Of a DNA stretch of 50,129 nt, positions 1 through 10,386 are shown in pieces (positions within the stretch are counted from its first letter, which is position 1; each line of letters begins with the position of its first letter). A program made the position numbers and the translations under genes. Below the pieces are notes generated by a model, which was not told where the DNA came from, did no database searches, and saw only the letters and a program-made list of their open reading frames with translations. Source of the DNA: Spirochaetota bacterium (GTDB lineage Bacteria > Spirochaetota > UBA4802 > UBA5550); NCBI GenBank assembly GCA_009787025.1, contig WRGT01000069.1, forward strand, positions 1 to 50,129, written 5' to 3'.

Positions 1-191
1 ACCTAAATGCTATTGAAATATTCGTATTAATTCGTATAATTCGATGTTAAAAATCCTTCTTAAGTTTATGATGTTGGCTCTGACCCCTTGTCTGCAAAAA
101 TCCAGTAGATTCGCAGCCATTTATATAATCATCAAAAAAAAGATAGACATTATACTATAAATAAATATTCACTAAAACCGGAAAATCAAAG

Positions 192-407
192 ATGACAAAA
201 TATGATATACTTCATGAAATCTTTCATTATGCAGGGAAAGAAAAATTTATAACTCTCTACGAGCTTGAGATAAAAACAGGTCTTTCAGGTTCGCAGGTAA
301 GGTCGCTGCTTGAAGATCTAAAAGATGAAATACTTATTGTGGAACATCCCGAGGGTTTTAAAGTTTCGGATACCGGATTTCATTTCTGCAAGAGAAGATG
401 GGTTTAA
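192..407 (+). CDS. small winged-helix-like protein
   Basis: 71-aa ORF; ITLYELEIKTGLSGSQVRSLLEDLKDEILI followed by GFKVSDTG fits an HTH plus wing pattern. Confidence 0.55.
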   Translation: MTKYDILHEIFHYAGKEKFITLYELEIKTGLSGSQVRSLLEDLKDEILIVEHPEGFKVSDTGFHFCKRRWV

Positions 408-452
408 CAACTTCGATAATGATAATATAATGATAATAAAGGAGAAAGAATT

Positions 453-917
453 ATGCCTATTCAATGGCTCTCTGAAGAAAAATGTAAAAACATGCTTTAC
501 TATCAGGTTTACGGCAGATTGGCAACTGTGGGAAAGGATAATGTGCCGTATATTACTCCTGTAAATTATGCCTACTCCGACGATGCAATCTATATACACT
601 GCGGCATGAAAGGAAGAAAACTCAATAATATTAAAGAAAATCCCATTGTATGCTTTGAAATCAGCGCTTCGGGGAATCTATACGTTTCAAACAAGGCATG
701 CGGTTTTGGCATGGATTACTGGTCAATCCTAATATCAGGCAGAGCTGAGATTGTTCAGAGCATGGATATTAAGAGATTGGGATTAAATGCTATTATGGAA
801 AAATATGGCTCACAGTTTGAGTACAGTGATTTTACAGACGACGATTTGACAACTGTTAATATAATTAAAATACATATTGAAAACATAAGCGGTAAAACAA
901 GAATAACTCCTCAGTGA
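453..917 (+). CDS. pyridoxamine 5'-phosphate oxidase-like flavin-binding protein (NimA-like)
   Basis: YGRLAT..PYITPVNY, IYIHC..GRKLNNIKENPIVCFEI, YWSILISGRAE, ISGK; AAGGAG RBS upstream. Confidence 0.85.
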   Translation: MPIQWLSEEKCKNMLYYQVYGRLATVGKDNVPYITPVNYAYSDDAIYIHCGMKGRKLNNIKENPIVCFEISASGNLYVSNKACGFGMDYWSILISGRAEIVQSMDIKRLGLNAIMEKYGSQFEYSDFTDDDLTTVNIIKIHIENISGKTRITPQ

Positions 918-943
918 TAAAAAAATATAAGACTTAGCTTATC

Positions 944-1717
944 TTAGCTCAGCAGAGAATAAAGTCTATCACCTTTTTTGAATATCTCTATATCTCTTTT
1001 AAAAAGCGACGTAAATATATTTTTGCTAAAACAATCGTCAACACTCCCCTTGAAAAAACATTTACCATCCTCAAGAATAAATATCCTGTTAAAAATCGGG
1101 ATTATCTCCTCAACATGGTGCGTTACATATACTAAGGAATGATTTCTGCCGTTTATTAATTTTGTTAAAGATTCAAGGAAGTCCTCTCTTGCGCAGATGT
1201 CTAAACCTGCCGAAGGCTCGTCAAGGATTAAAATATCAGGATTGTTTATGAGAGCTCTAAGCATAAAGACCTTCTGTTTTTCTCCATCCGACAGATTTCC
1301 TATTGTGTCATAAATGCGGTCGCTAAGTCCTATCTCGCTTATAAGACTTGACCCTCGTTTTATCTCATCTATAGACGGATCTCTGTATAAACCGACCGAT
1401 GCATATAGTCCGCTCAGGACAGTATCAATTACACTCTCTCCCCTGTTAAACTTCTCTCTCAGTATTGAGCTTAAGTATCCTATCCGCTTTCTAATCTCTC
1501 TTATATCCGATCCGATGTGATCATATCCGAATCTTACGACCTTTCCATCCGAAGGGAAAATATATCCTGTTATGACCTCAAGGAGTTTTGTCTTGCCTGA
1601 TCCGTTTCTGCCGAATAATATCCAACTCTCGCCGCTGCCGATCTCCCAGTCTATGCAGCTTAAAATTCTTCTATTGCTGCCGAATATATCAAGAGAAACA
1701 TTTTCCAATTTTATCAT
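944..1717 (-). CDS. ABC transporter ATP-binding protein (YlmA/ModF-like)
   Basis: Walker A GRNGSGKT, signature LSDGEKQ, Walker B ILILDEP, VTHH. Confidence 0.85.
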   Translation of the reverse strand: MIKLENVSLDIFGSNRRILSCIDWEIGSGESWILFGRNGSGKTKLLEVITGYIFPSDGKVVRFGYDHIGSDIREIRKRIGYLSSILREKFNRGESVIDTVLSGLYASVGLYRDPSIDEIKRGSSLISEIGLSDRIYDTIGNLSDGEKQKVFMLRALINNPDILILDEPSAGLDICAREDFLESLTKLINGRNHSLVYVTHHVEEIIPIFNRIFILEDGKCFFKGSVDDCFSKNIFTSLFKRDIEIFKKGDRLYSLLS

Positions 1718-1751
1718 AAATTAACTGCCTAAAATAAGAATTATTAAAATT

Positions 1752-2522
1752 CTAAAAATATCCGACGGCGTCTATATCCCATAATTCAATATCCACAAGA
1801 TCGGCTACAGCAAGGACACGCGGAAAGATTGCTTGCGCTGCCTCCTCTGCAATTTTTCTCATTTTTATATCGGTATATCTTGAACTGTCAAAATGAGTTA
1901 AGACCAGCCTCTTTGCATTAGCCTCAGACGCTATTCTTGCCGCTGTTTCAGGATTAAGATGGGACCACTCTTTGTGTTCCTCTCCCGGCAAAAAAGAACA
2001 TTCTGCTATGAGAAGATCAGCGTTTAATGACAACTCAACGGCATTATCGCAGTAACCGGTGTCCGTACAAAAAACGATAGTCAGATCATCTGCTTTTATA
2101 CGATACCCAAAACATGTATCGGAATGCAAAAGGGGCAGAGCATTAACCTCAAACGGAACCTGATCTTTATCTTTCGGCAGTTCAAGAATCTTTACGCTGT
2201 AACCAAGTTCATTCAGCGGCACGGTAAACGGTCTGTTTACAATGACATTCATCACATTGGAAATATCAGGCTGTCCCACTATAAACAATCCCTCATTGCA
2301 GCAGATCTTTGACAAACCATGAAGACCGGATATATGATCAAAATGATAGTGGCTTAAAAAAAGATATACCGGCTTTGTGCCGTCAATATATTTATCGATC
2401 TTAAAAAAACCGCTCCCTGCGTCAAATACAATATCATAATCATCTGTTTGAACGAGAGTACATATTGTATCACCCGTACCTGTTCCAAACCAGCCGTTAG
2501 TTCCTAAGAATACAGCATTCAT
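1752..2522 (-). CDS. metallo-beta-lactamase fold hydrolase, RNase Z/BN-like
   Basis: FLGTNG N-terminus, SHYHFDH, TDTG, AECSF, HL, LTHF motifs. Confidence 0.8.
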   Translation of the reverse strand: MNAVFLGTNGWFGTGTGDTICTLVQTDDYDIVFDAGSGFFKIDKYIDGTKPVYLFLSHYHFDHISGLHGLSKICCNEGLFIVGQPDISNVMNVIVNRPFTVPLNELGYSVKILELPKDKDQVPFEVNALPLLHSDTCFGYRIKADDLTIVFCTDTGYCDNAVELSLNADLLIAECSFLPGEEHKEWSHLNPETAARIASEANAKRLVLTHFDSSRYTDIKMRKIAEEAAQAIFPRVLAVADLVDIELWDIDAVGYF

Positions 2523-2751
2523 AATTTATACCATTCCTAAAATTGTATTAAATACTTCACACTGAGGCGCAAAGATAAATGAAAAATATATATCTGCGAG
2601 ACGTTAATTTATTTTATATATACAATTATTTTTTTTGTAATCTGCGTCAGTATTGCATACTCATTGTTCCATGACAAATTATATTCTAAATAGACTGATT
2701 TTTTAGCACAATATTTATAAAAAACAGCAATAATTTATTATAAGTTATATC

Positions 2752-2780
2752 TTGACAAATAATAACCATAACATTATGCT
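2752..2780 (+). promoter_or_regulatory. sigma70-type promoter
   Basis: TTGACA-17 bp-TATGCT upstream of the ORF at 2830. Confidence 0.7.
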
Positions 2781-2829
2781 TATCAAAGATTCAAATATTC
2801 AAACTATTAAACTTAATTAAGGAGTTATT

Positions 2830-3366
2830 ATGAAACGTAAACTAATAATTACAGTATCTTCCATATTCATTATATTGGGAGGCTTTACTCTTGTAAATTC
2901 ACTATCAGTAGGACAGGTTGCTCCTAATCTTAACATTAGAGATGCTGATGATAAACCTGCTACAATTCCAGACTATGGCACAAAGGTTCTAACCATAATT
3001 TATCCAAGTTCAGATGTATCGGATGTTTGCGACCCAATATCAGATGCTCTAAAGGCAAAAAACTACCCTAAAGCCAAATATGCCGGTATAGGTATTGCCA
3101 ACATGAAAGATTCTACTGCGCCTGATTGGCTAATACGAAAAATCGTACGCGGTAAGATACAAAAATACAGCGCTGTAATCCTTACGGATCCTGATTTAAC
3201 TACTGCTACTACATGGGGACTTGGCAATTGCAAAGGTCAATCCGTAGTTGTTGTTATTGGCGCAGATAAAAAAGTTAAATATATTAATAAGTTTAACAAA
3301 AAGAATGTCCCTACTCAAAGTGATATAGACTCAGTTGTTAGTCTTGTAGATGGACTTGTAAAATAA
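2830..3366 (+). CDS. exported YtfJ-like thioredoxin-fold protein
   Basis: signal peptide, LSVGQVAP start typical of AhpC/TSA-like folds, no CxxC; AAGGAG RBS. Confidence 0.6.
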   Translation: MKRKLIITVSSIFIILGGFTLVNSLSVGQVAPNLNIRDADDKPATIPDYGTKVLTIIYPSSDVSDVCDPISDALKAKNYPKAKYAGIGIANMKDSTAPDWLIRKIVRGKIQKYSAVILTDPDLTTATTWGLGNCKGQSVVVVIGADKKVKYINKFNKKNVPTQSDIDSVVSLVDGLVK

Positions 3367-3395
3367 GTAATAAGTAAATAGAAATATATTAGATT

Positions 3396-3431
3396 GCAGA
3401 TGGGGCTGTCTGCCCCATCTGCTTATTTCTT
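3396..3431 (+). terminator. intrinsic terminator
   Basis: 11-bp stem GCAGATGGGGC/GCCCCATCTGC followed by TTATTTCTT. Confidence 0.75.
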
Positions 3432-3479
3432 ATCATAAAAAAGCTCCGCAAATAACAAGGTAAAAGAAAGAAGGATTAA

Positions 3480-4142
3480 ATGAAAGTTATAGATGGAATA
3501 TATTCATATATCTGGACAGGAGTTTTTGAAAATAACTGCAACAGCTTCTATTTCGGCGAACCGTTGAATATCCTCTTTGATCCCGGTCTGAAAAACTATA
3601 CTGATATGCTTCTTAAAAAGATGGAAGAGGATGGAATAGATATTGAGAGGATCGGTTATGTCATCAACTCTCACAGCCACCCCGATCATCTTGAAGGAAC
3701 AGTGAACTTTACAAAATATGATATACCTGTCGCTATGCATAAGGATGAGATAAAATTCTATAACGAGGCAGGACCTAAATTCTTTGAGTGGATGGGCATG
3801 CAGTTCCCTGAGATCAAATTTGATATTGAACTTGAAGAGGGCATACTTCAAATCGGAGAGATAGAACTTAAAGTTTTTAAAACTCCGGGTCATTCTCCCG
3901 GATCCGTATGTATATATTGGGAGGAGAAGAAAGCGCTTGTATGCGGCGATCTGGTATTCAACAACAGTTTTGGCAGAGTTGATTTTCCGGGAGGGAATCC
4001 TAAACTTTTAAAAGACAGCATTACCAGAATATCGCAGTTAGATATTGAATATCTTCTTCCCGGACATATGGAGATAATTACCGGTAAAAAAAATGTAGAA
4101 GACAACTTCAACCAGATAAAACAATATTTTGATTATATATAA
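3480..4142 (+). CDS. MBL-fold metallo-hydrolase (glyoxalase II-like)
   Basis: SHSHPDH, TPGHSPGS, CGDLVF, GRVDFPGG, LPGH. Confidence 0.85.
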   Translation: MKVIDGIYSYIWTGVFENNCNSFYFGEPLNILFDPGLKNYTDMLLKKMEEDGIDIERIGYVINSHSHPDHLEGTVNFTKYDIPVAMHKDEIKFYNEAGPKFFEWMGMQFPEIKFDIELEEGILQIGEIELKVFKTPGHSPGSVCIYWEEKKALVCGDLVFNNSFGRVDFPGGNPKLLKDSITRISQLDIEYLLPGHMEIITGKKNVEDNFNQIKQYFDYI

Positions 4143-4157
4143 ACGGGCGGCAGACAC

Positions 4158-5474
4158 ATGATCCCTATTAAAAAACTAAAAGATCTGACACCCAATGAAT
4201 TGAATAAACTTTTTAATCGATTTGGAGAGGATTTCAGCTCCATAATGATCAACACTGTTATCCCTATTGTTAATGATGTAAAGAATGATGGAGAAGCCGC
4301 AGTAAAAAAATATACTGAGAAATTCGATAAGATAAAACTCACAGATGTAATCGCCGCTCAAAAAGAGATAGATAACGGTCATAAGAATGCTCCTAAAGAT
4401 GTGTTAAGAGCATTTATGAAGGCAAAAGATAATATTGAAGAATTTCACAGAAGACAACTAAGAGAAAACTCAATATATACACGGAAAGACGGAATCACAC
4501 TCGGCGTAACATATCAGGCGATAGAGAATGCCGGCATATATGTGCCGGGGGGCAAGGCGTCATACCCCTCGTCTGTACTTATGGGAGTTATACCGGCGCA
4601 GATAGCAGGAGCGGAAAATATAACTGTTATTACACCTCCAAACAAAGAGGGAAAAATTCCCGATATTATCTACGCAATATGCAGGGAGTGCGGAGTTAAA
4701 AATATAATAAAATCCGGCGGCGCTCAGGGAATTGCCTTTGCCGCATTCGGATCGGATAAGCATAAGAAGTCGGATATAATTGTAGGTCCCGGGAATATAT
4801 TTGTAACTGCTGCAAAGACTTACCTGTTCAGCATGGGCGTTATTCAGATAGATTCTATGGCAGGTCCAAGTGAGGTTCTTATAATATCCGATGGAAATTC
4901 CGATCCCGAATGGGTAGCATACGATCTCCTGTCTCAGGCTGAACATGAAGAGCGCGCCATTGCAGTTTTGATTACTACATCAAAAAAACTTGCGGAAGAT
5001 GTAAAGAATGTAATTATTAAGGATATAGAATCAGGATGCGGAAGAAACGATATAAAGAAAACATCTGTTAAGAACGGACTTATACTAATAGCAGATTCTA
5101 TTGATGAAGCAATAGAGTTTAGTAACAGCTATGGACCTGAACACATGGAGTTCATGGTAGATAATCCTCTTGAGTATATTAATAAAATAAGGAATGTCGG
5201 ATCGCTATTCCTTGGAAGATATTCCCCTGTTGCTGTTGGAGATTACTATTCAGGGACAAATCACATACTGCCGACAGGCGGAGCAGCAAGATTTTCCTCA
5301 GGCACATCTGTTGAAACATTTTTGCGAAGAACAACTTTCCAACTGCTTGATAAAAACTCTCTTAAAAAAACTGCGCAGTCTATAAAGTTGATGTCTGCCT
5401 ATGAGGGATTTGATGATAAGCATGGCGGATCGGTAGATATAAGACTAAAAGACGGCAAACGAAAAAATATATGA
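4158..5474 (+). CDS. hisD: histidinol dehydrogenase
   Basis: YVPGGKASYPSSVLM, IVGPGNIFV, AGPSE, DLLSQAEH, PEH, GDY..GTNHILPT. Confidence 0.97.
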   Translation: MIPIKKLKDLTPNELNKLFNRFGEDFSSIMINTVIPIVNDVKNDGEAAVKKYTEKFDKIKLTDVIAAQKEIDNGHKNAPKDVLRAFMKAKDNIEEFHRRQLRENSIYTRKDGITLGVTYQAIENAGIYVPGGKASYPSSVLMGVIPAQIAGAENITVITPPNKEGKIPDIIYAICRECGVKNIIKSGGAQGIAFAAFGSDKHKKSDIIVGPGNIFVTAAKTYLFSMGVIQIDSMAGPSEVLIISDGNSDPEWVAYDLLSQAEHEERAIAVLITTSKKLAEDVKNVIIKDIESGCGRNDIKKTSVKNGLILIADSIDEAIEFSNSYGPEHMEFMVDNPLEYINKIRNVGSLFLGRYSPVAVGDYYSGTNHILPTGGAARFSSGTSVETFLRRTTFQLLDKNSLKKTAQSIKLMSAYEGFDDKHGGSVDIRLKDGKRKNI

Positions 5475-5508
5475 ACAAGGCATAGCTAATATTAGACTTC
5501 GCAGCAGT

Positions 5509-5766
5509 CTATTCTTCATCCCAGCTTTTAGCTTCGTATGCTAATCTGTTAAGCGCAGCTTTAAGTCTTTTACTCCGCACATCAGCAGGCGGAAAATCCT
5601 TTTGAGCATACTTTAGCATTGTCGCAACTGCGCGTTCAAGTGTAGTATCTCCTTTCTCATCATTAAAATAATTCATTATAAGCGCTTTACCGCTTAAAGT
5701 CAATTTATGTTCAATGAAAGACTCAACTGCATCAAAAAGTGCTTCTTTAAATTCTTCTTTTCCCAT
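5509..5766 (-). CDS. hypothetical protein
   Basis: 85-aa ORF filling the intergenic gap, helical composition, family not recognised. Confidence 0.6.
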   Translation of the reverse strand: MGKEEFKEALFDAVESFIEHKLTLSGKALIMNYFNDEKGDTTLERAVATMLKYAQKDFPPADVRSKRLKAALNRLAYEAKSWDEE

Positions 5767-5985
5767 ATTCTATATGTATATGGGTTAAATTTTTTGTCTA
5801 TAAGAAAAATTTTAGATTTTAAATAAATCATTATCAGATTGTTTAAGCAAAATTGATGCGCACATGGAGAAAGAGATTCTTCCCAAATAAAAGATCTAAT
5901 CTTATCTTGAAAAATGATTGACTTATTTTTTCAAAACAATCTATATACATGAATCATAGATATAATAAAAAACAGGATTCGGTTT

Positions 5986-6501
5986 ATGAAAAAGTTAATA
6001 ATTATCATATCCGCCTTTATGTGCTTTAGCTTTACTTTATTACAGGGCGAATCTAAATATCCATTCAACATTCCAGATGTAGTTAAAGCTATATCTCTCT
6101 ATAATAAAAGCGAACAGTTGTCCACTGATGAAAAATATTTAGAAAGCAGAGATGTCAGACAAGAAGCTGAGGCTATCTTGGATGAGATTCTTACTGAAGA
6201 TAAAATTATATCATCAAACAACGCATGTTCTTTTAAAAAAAGAAAAGAGGAACAATTCTTTCTGTCTTGTAAAAATTTTGAATTAAAAAATTCAATAGTA
6301 TTTGAATTTACAGAAGCTCCGGAACCAATATTAGCAAAATATCAAGACCTTAACAGCGGCGCTCTATTCAATGGTAAAATTGAAATCGTCAAAGATGATT
6401 CCGGGGGAACATATAATTACAGAGGACTTAGTGAATTGATTATTTACTGTAAAATACTATCTCTATCGCCAATAGATAGACAGCCGCAGAAGAAAAAATA
6501 A
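5986..6501 (+). CDS. exported hypothetical protein
   Basis: MKKLIIIISAFMCFSF signal peptide; 171 aa. Confidence 0.65.
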   Translation: MKKLIIIISAFMCFSFTLLQGESKYPFNIPDVVKAISLYNKSEQLSTDEKYLESRDVRQEAEAILDEILTEDKIISSNNACSFKKRKEEQFFLSCKNFELKNSIVFEFTEAPEPILAKYQDLNSGALFNGKIEIVKDDSGGTYNYRGLSELIIYCKILSLSPIDRQPQKKK

Positions 6502-6585
6502 AAAATGCCAAATTCGTTTCATTCGTGTTAGAATTAAAACTTATTTGGCATCTCAAATTATACAATCTTATTGTACGCAGTAATA

Positions 6586-7803
6586 CTATTCCTGAGAATA
6601 ACCATCTACAAATTCGGCAAAACGTTTAGCCACTATCTTCATCTCATCAATAGCAGGGAGAAATACTACTCTGAAATGATCTGGCTTTGGCCAGTTGAAT
6701 CCTGTACCTTGTACAAGGAGCACCTTTTTCTGTTTAAGAAAATCGAATACAAACCGTTCATCATCCTTTACAGGTATAACTTTAAGATCAATTTTAGGAA
6801 AGAGATATAATCCGCCCATGGGCTTAACGCACGATATGCCCGGTATGGAGTTAAACAATTCGTATGAAAAATTTCTCTGTTCATACAATCTACCCCCCGG
6901 AGATGTAAGATCAAAAATACTCTGATTACCTCCAATCGCCGTCTGAATTGCAAACTGAGCAGGCATATTGGAGCAGAGCCTCATTGAGGATAAGATTCCA
7001 AGACCTTCAATGAAATCGGTTGCATGATCTTTTTTACCGCTTAGTACCATCCATCCAACGCGAAAACCGCAAACACGGTGAGATTTTGAAAGCCCATTCA
7101 TTGTGATAAACAGAGTTTCATCCGAAAGGGATGCAGCAGGCGTATGGGTTATGCCGTCATACATAATCCTGTCATATATTTCATCTGCAAGAACGATGAG
7201 TTGATTCTTAACAGCAATCTCTACAATTTTTTCCACAATCTCTTTTGGATAAACAGCGCCGGTTGGATTATTCGGATTAATAAGCACTATGGCTTTGGTT
7301 CTGGAGGTTATTTTACTCTCTATATCATTAATATCTGGATACCAAAGGCTTGACTCATCGCAAAGATAGTGCACAGCCTTCCCGCCTGCTAAATGCGTAG
7401 CGCCTGTCCAAAGCGGATAATCAGGCATTGGCACAAGAATCTCGTCTCCATTATTGACAAGACCCTGCATAATCATTACTATAAGTTCACTTACGCCGTT
7501 CCCTACAAAGATGTCATCTATCTCTACACCTTCAATCCCCTTGAGTTGACAATCCTGCATAATAGCCTTTCTTGCCGAAAAAAGTCCCTTTGCATCTCCA
7601 TAAGGCTCTGCCGAACGGAGATTCAACATTACATCATGAATTATCTCATCAGGGGCAGAAACTCCAAACGCAGCGGGATTTCCCGTATTAAGCTTTATAA
7701 TTTTATTACCTTCCCTTTCCAGATTCATTGCCTCCTGTAAAACAGGTCCGCGTATGTCATAAAATACATTCTCAAGCTTTTCGGATTTATTGATCTTCTT
7801 CAT
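6586..7803 (-). CDS. alaA: PLP-dependent aminotransferase, AlaA/YfbQ type
   Basis: YDIRGPV, KLNTGNPA, GNGVSELI, INPNNPTG, ADEIYD, NGLSKS, GFRVGW; start moved to MKKINKS at 7803 because of a GGAGG RBS. Confidence 0.9.
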   Translation of the reverse strand: MKKINKSEKLENVFYDIRGPVLQEAMNLEREGNKIIKLNTGNPAAFGVSAPDEIIHDVMLNLRSAEPYGDAKGLFSARKAIMQDCQLKGIEGVEIDDIFVGNGVSELIVMIMQGLVNNGDEILVPMPDYPLWTGATHLAGGKAVHYLCDESSLWYPDINDIESKITSRTKAIVLINPNNPTGAVYPKEIVEKIVEIAVKNQLIVLADEIYDRIMYDGITHTPAASLSDETLFITMNGLSKSHRVCGFRVGWMVLSGKKDHATDFIEGLGILSSMRLCSNMPAQFAIQTAIGGNQSIFDLTSPGGRLYEQRNFSYELFNSIPGISCVKPMGGLYLFPKIDLKVIPVKDDERFVFDFLKQKKVLLVQGTGFNWPKPDHFRVVFLPAIDEMKIVAKRFAEFVDGYSQE

Positions 7804-8114
7804 ATTTTCCTCCATTGTTATACGGTGACATACAAGCCTGACCACAATAATAATATACTTACCTTAATAGCCCTCTATTAAATGCAATAAAAAAATAATA
7901 AAAATATACGCTTATGTTTTAAATCCGGCTGAAATCAAAAAACTAAAATAACAATATTTATAAAATATTAACCCATTTTTTATAAAATCTAAAAATCAAC
8001 TGCATAGGAATTTCCCACAGAAAGAAAAATTGAATACGAGGTTGTGTTATAAAACATAACCGATCATTCAAATTTTTCTAAAAAGAATAAATTTTAAAAA
8101 ATTAGGAGATTAGT

Positions 8115-9497
8115 ATGAAAAAATTTTTCACAATTACAGTTACCCTCTTAATTGCATCAAGCGCCTTTGCGCAGGAGCAAGAAGCAAAGAAGGGTCCTGA
8201 ATTTACTTATGGTGCAAGAGCATGGCTCTATGGTGTTACAGGACAGCAGAAGGATTTAGCTTATGATTATTCGCATTTCAGGATAAGACCTATGTTTAGT
8301 CTGGGAATGGAAGACATCAAGCTTGTTACTCACCTTGAGATTTCGCAAACTTTTGGTAGAGACACAAGTTCTGGTGGTGCCGGCGCCGGCTATGCAGGAC
8401 CGGCTACAGACAACTATTCTATTAAAATTAAAGGGGCATATCTTGAAGCAAAAAATGTAATAATACCAAATCTAACCCTAATGGGCGGACTCAACGGATA
8501 TAAGTATCCATTTGTTGTAGATAATGATTTTGGTATGTTTACAGCAGGTTATGATTTTGGTATGGGCAAGGCAAATCTAAGCTATATTAAGCTAAATGAA
8601 TATGAACTTTATGAAAAGAAATCAGATGGCACTAAACAGAATAAGGATGCTCAAGCATACGCTCTTGACGTACCTATAAAAGTTGATAAGGATATAACAG
8701 TAAGACCGGGCTTGATATATATTCAAGGCGGGAAAAATCATAATAGTGATCCTGCTGCTATTCTTTCTATTGCTCTTCCAAATGAGGTGAGGTCGCTTTA
8801 TAAAACATCTCTTGTGAATGCTGCTCTTAATGTTACTGGTAAAGTAGATATGATATCTTTTACTGCAACAGGAGCATATTTGACAGGAACTTTATATAAA
8901 ATGCTAAATACAGCGGTCTCTCCGGTTGTAGAAGGTGACGACGTTAAAACATCAGCGTATGCTTTTGATCTGGGAGTTGATGCAAAGCCAAATGATATGT
9001 TTAAAATCGGCGCATTCGTTACATACGCAACAGGAAATGATAATAAAAAAGCTGATGAAAATAACAATTACTTCCGCAATATGGAAGGTATCTTCGGAAG
9101 ACCTGACAAGGCTGACGGAGCAGGTTATGGAAGACTCTTTATCTTTGAAGCAGCTTCTGTAGTACAAGTTGGCGGCAACTACGATCAATTCTTTGCTATG
9201 GAGCATCCGCAAGGTTATATGTCTTATGGTGTAAATGCCGAAGCAAAAATAGATAAAGTTACGATTTTTGCTCAATTTGGCATAGCTCAAACTGCTGAGA
9301 AAGATGGAAACGGAAAGACAAGTTTAGGCTCTGAAATAGATGCAAAGATATCTTATGCGCTTGCTTCAAAGACAGCTCTCTTTGCTGAGTTCGGATATGT
9401 TCTTGCCGGCGATATTCAGTTTAATAAACAAAGCGCTAATGCAGCTAAAGTAGAGAATATGTATCAGGTTGCTTTTGGCATGACCTCACAGATATAA
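8115..9497 (+). CDS. outer-membrane beta-barrel (porin-like) protein
   Basis: signal peptide ending AFA, alternating beta-strand pattern, LGSEIDAKISY; AGGAG RBS. Confidence 0.7.
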   Translation: MKKFFTITVTLLIASSAFAQEQEAKKGPEFTYGARAWLYGVTGQQKDLAYDYSHFRIRPMFSLGMEDIKLVTHLEISQTFGRDTSSGGAGAGYAGPATDNYSIKIKGAYLEAKNVIIPNLTLMGGLNGYKYPFVVDNDFGMFTAGYDFGMGKANLSYIKLNEYELYEKKSDGTKQNKDAQAYALDVPIKVDKDITVRPGLIYIQGGKNHNSDPAAILSIALPNEVRSLYKTSLVNAALNVTGKVDMISFTATGAYLTGTLYKMLNTAVSPVVEGDDVKTSAYAFDLGVDAKPNDMFKIGAFVTYATGNDNKKADENNNYFRNMEGIFGRPDKADGAGYGRLFIFEAASVVQVGGNYDQFFAMEHPQGYMSYGVNAEAKIDKVTIFAQFGIAQTAEKDGNGKTSLGSEIDAKISYALASKTALFAEFGYVLAGDIQFNKQSANAAKVENMYQVAFGMTSQI

Positions 9498-9536
9498 CGC
9501 GGATATATTTCGTTTTTTTCTCCGTTTAAATTTGAT

Positions 9537-9574
9537 CTATAGAAGGGAGTAATCACCCTTCTATAGGTTTTTTT
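9537..9574 (+). terminator. intrinsic terminator
   Basis: 11-bp stem CTATAGAAGGG/CCCTTCTATAG followed by G and T7. Confidence 0.85.
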
Positions 9575-9720
9575 ACATCAATTGTTGATGTATTTAAGGT
9601 TTAATACAAGATCCGCATTAATAATTTTTAAGCATTGATGTATGCTAAAACAATGGTCTTTTTTCATTTGACAAAAATGTCAAAGTTCTATAAATTTTTT
9701 ATACTAGTAAAAAAAATAAA

Positions 9721-10353
9721 ATGACAGTCATAGGCAATATAATTGAAGGATTCCTTATGGGAGCCGGACTTATCATAGCTATTGGTCCGCAAAATGCTTT
9801 TGTCCTTAAACAGAGTATTAAGCAGGAAAGCAGAATGGTCATAGCATTAATATGTTCATTCAGTGATGCATTCCTTATAATAACAGGCATATCGGGAATG
9901 GGATATATATTCAACGATAGACCTGTAGTCACACAAATCATATCATTTGCAGGAGCTCTGTATCTGGCGCAATTCTCGCTTAAATGTTTCTACTCGGCAT
10001 ATAAGGTTGAGTCAATGGATATGGATATTACAGATGACTCAGACACTCATAACTCAAAGAAAAAGATTATTATAACAACTCTTGCCCTGACATTTTTGAA
10101 TCCTCATGTATATCTTGATACCGTTATAATGCTGGGCGGATTCGGCGCTGCCAGACCATCGGACATTCGTCCGTTCTTTGGACTCGGCGCAGTTTTAGCA
10201 TCATTTATGTGGTTCTTTTTGCTCGCTTACAGCGGGAGTATTCTGTCGCCGTTATTTAAAAAAAAATCCGCATGGAGAATACTTGATTCTGCTATAGGAT
10301 TAATAATGGCTTATATCACTGTTAAACTGATTATATTCGGACTGGCTGTGTAA
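9721..10353 (+). CDS. LysE/ArgO family amino acid exporter
   Basis: LIIAIGPQNAFVLKQ, TFLNPHVYLDTV, WF..LAY. Confidence 0.92.
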   Translation: MTVIGNIIEGFLMGAGLIIAIGPQNAFVLKQSIKQESRMVIALICSFSDAFLIITGISGMGYIFNDRPVVTQIISFAGALYLAQFSLKCFYSAYKVESMDMDITDDSDTHNSKKKIIITTLALTFLNPHVYLDTVIMLGGFGAARPSDIRPFFGLGAVLASFMWFFLLAYSGSILSPLFKKKSAWRILDSAIGLIMAYITVKLIIFGLAV

Positions 10354-10386
10354 AATTACAAATTACAATGTACAAATTACAAAATA

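Noticed and set aside
2566-2580. Bacteroidota-style TAnnTTTG promoter (TATCTTTGC, minus strand) upstream of the RNase Z-like gene
   Set aside because: Short motif expected by chance in AT-rich DNA, with no clear -33 element
4158-5474. hisD separated from other his genes
   Set aside because: Scattered his genes are common in bacteria and all catalytic motifs look normal
6505-6551. ATGCCAAAT/ATTTGGCAT inverted repeat with ATTCGT motifs similar to 20-43
   Set aside because: Large loop and short motifs; most simply a weak bidirectional terminator or chance
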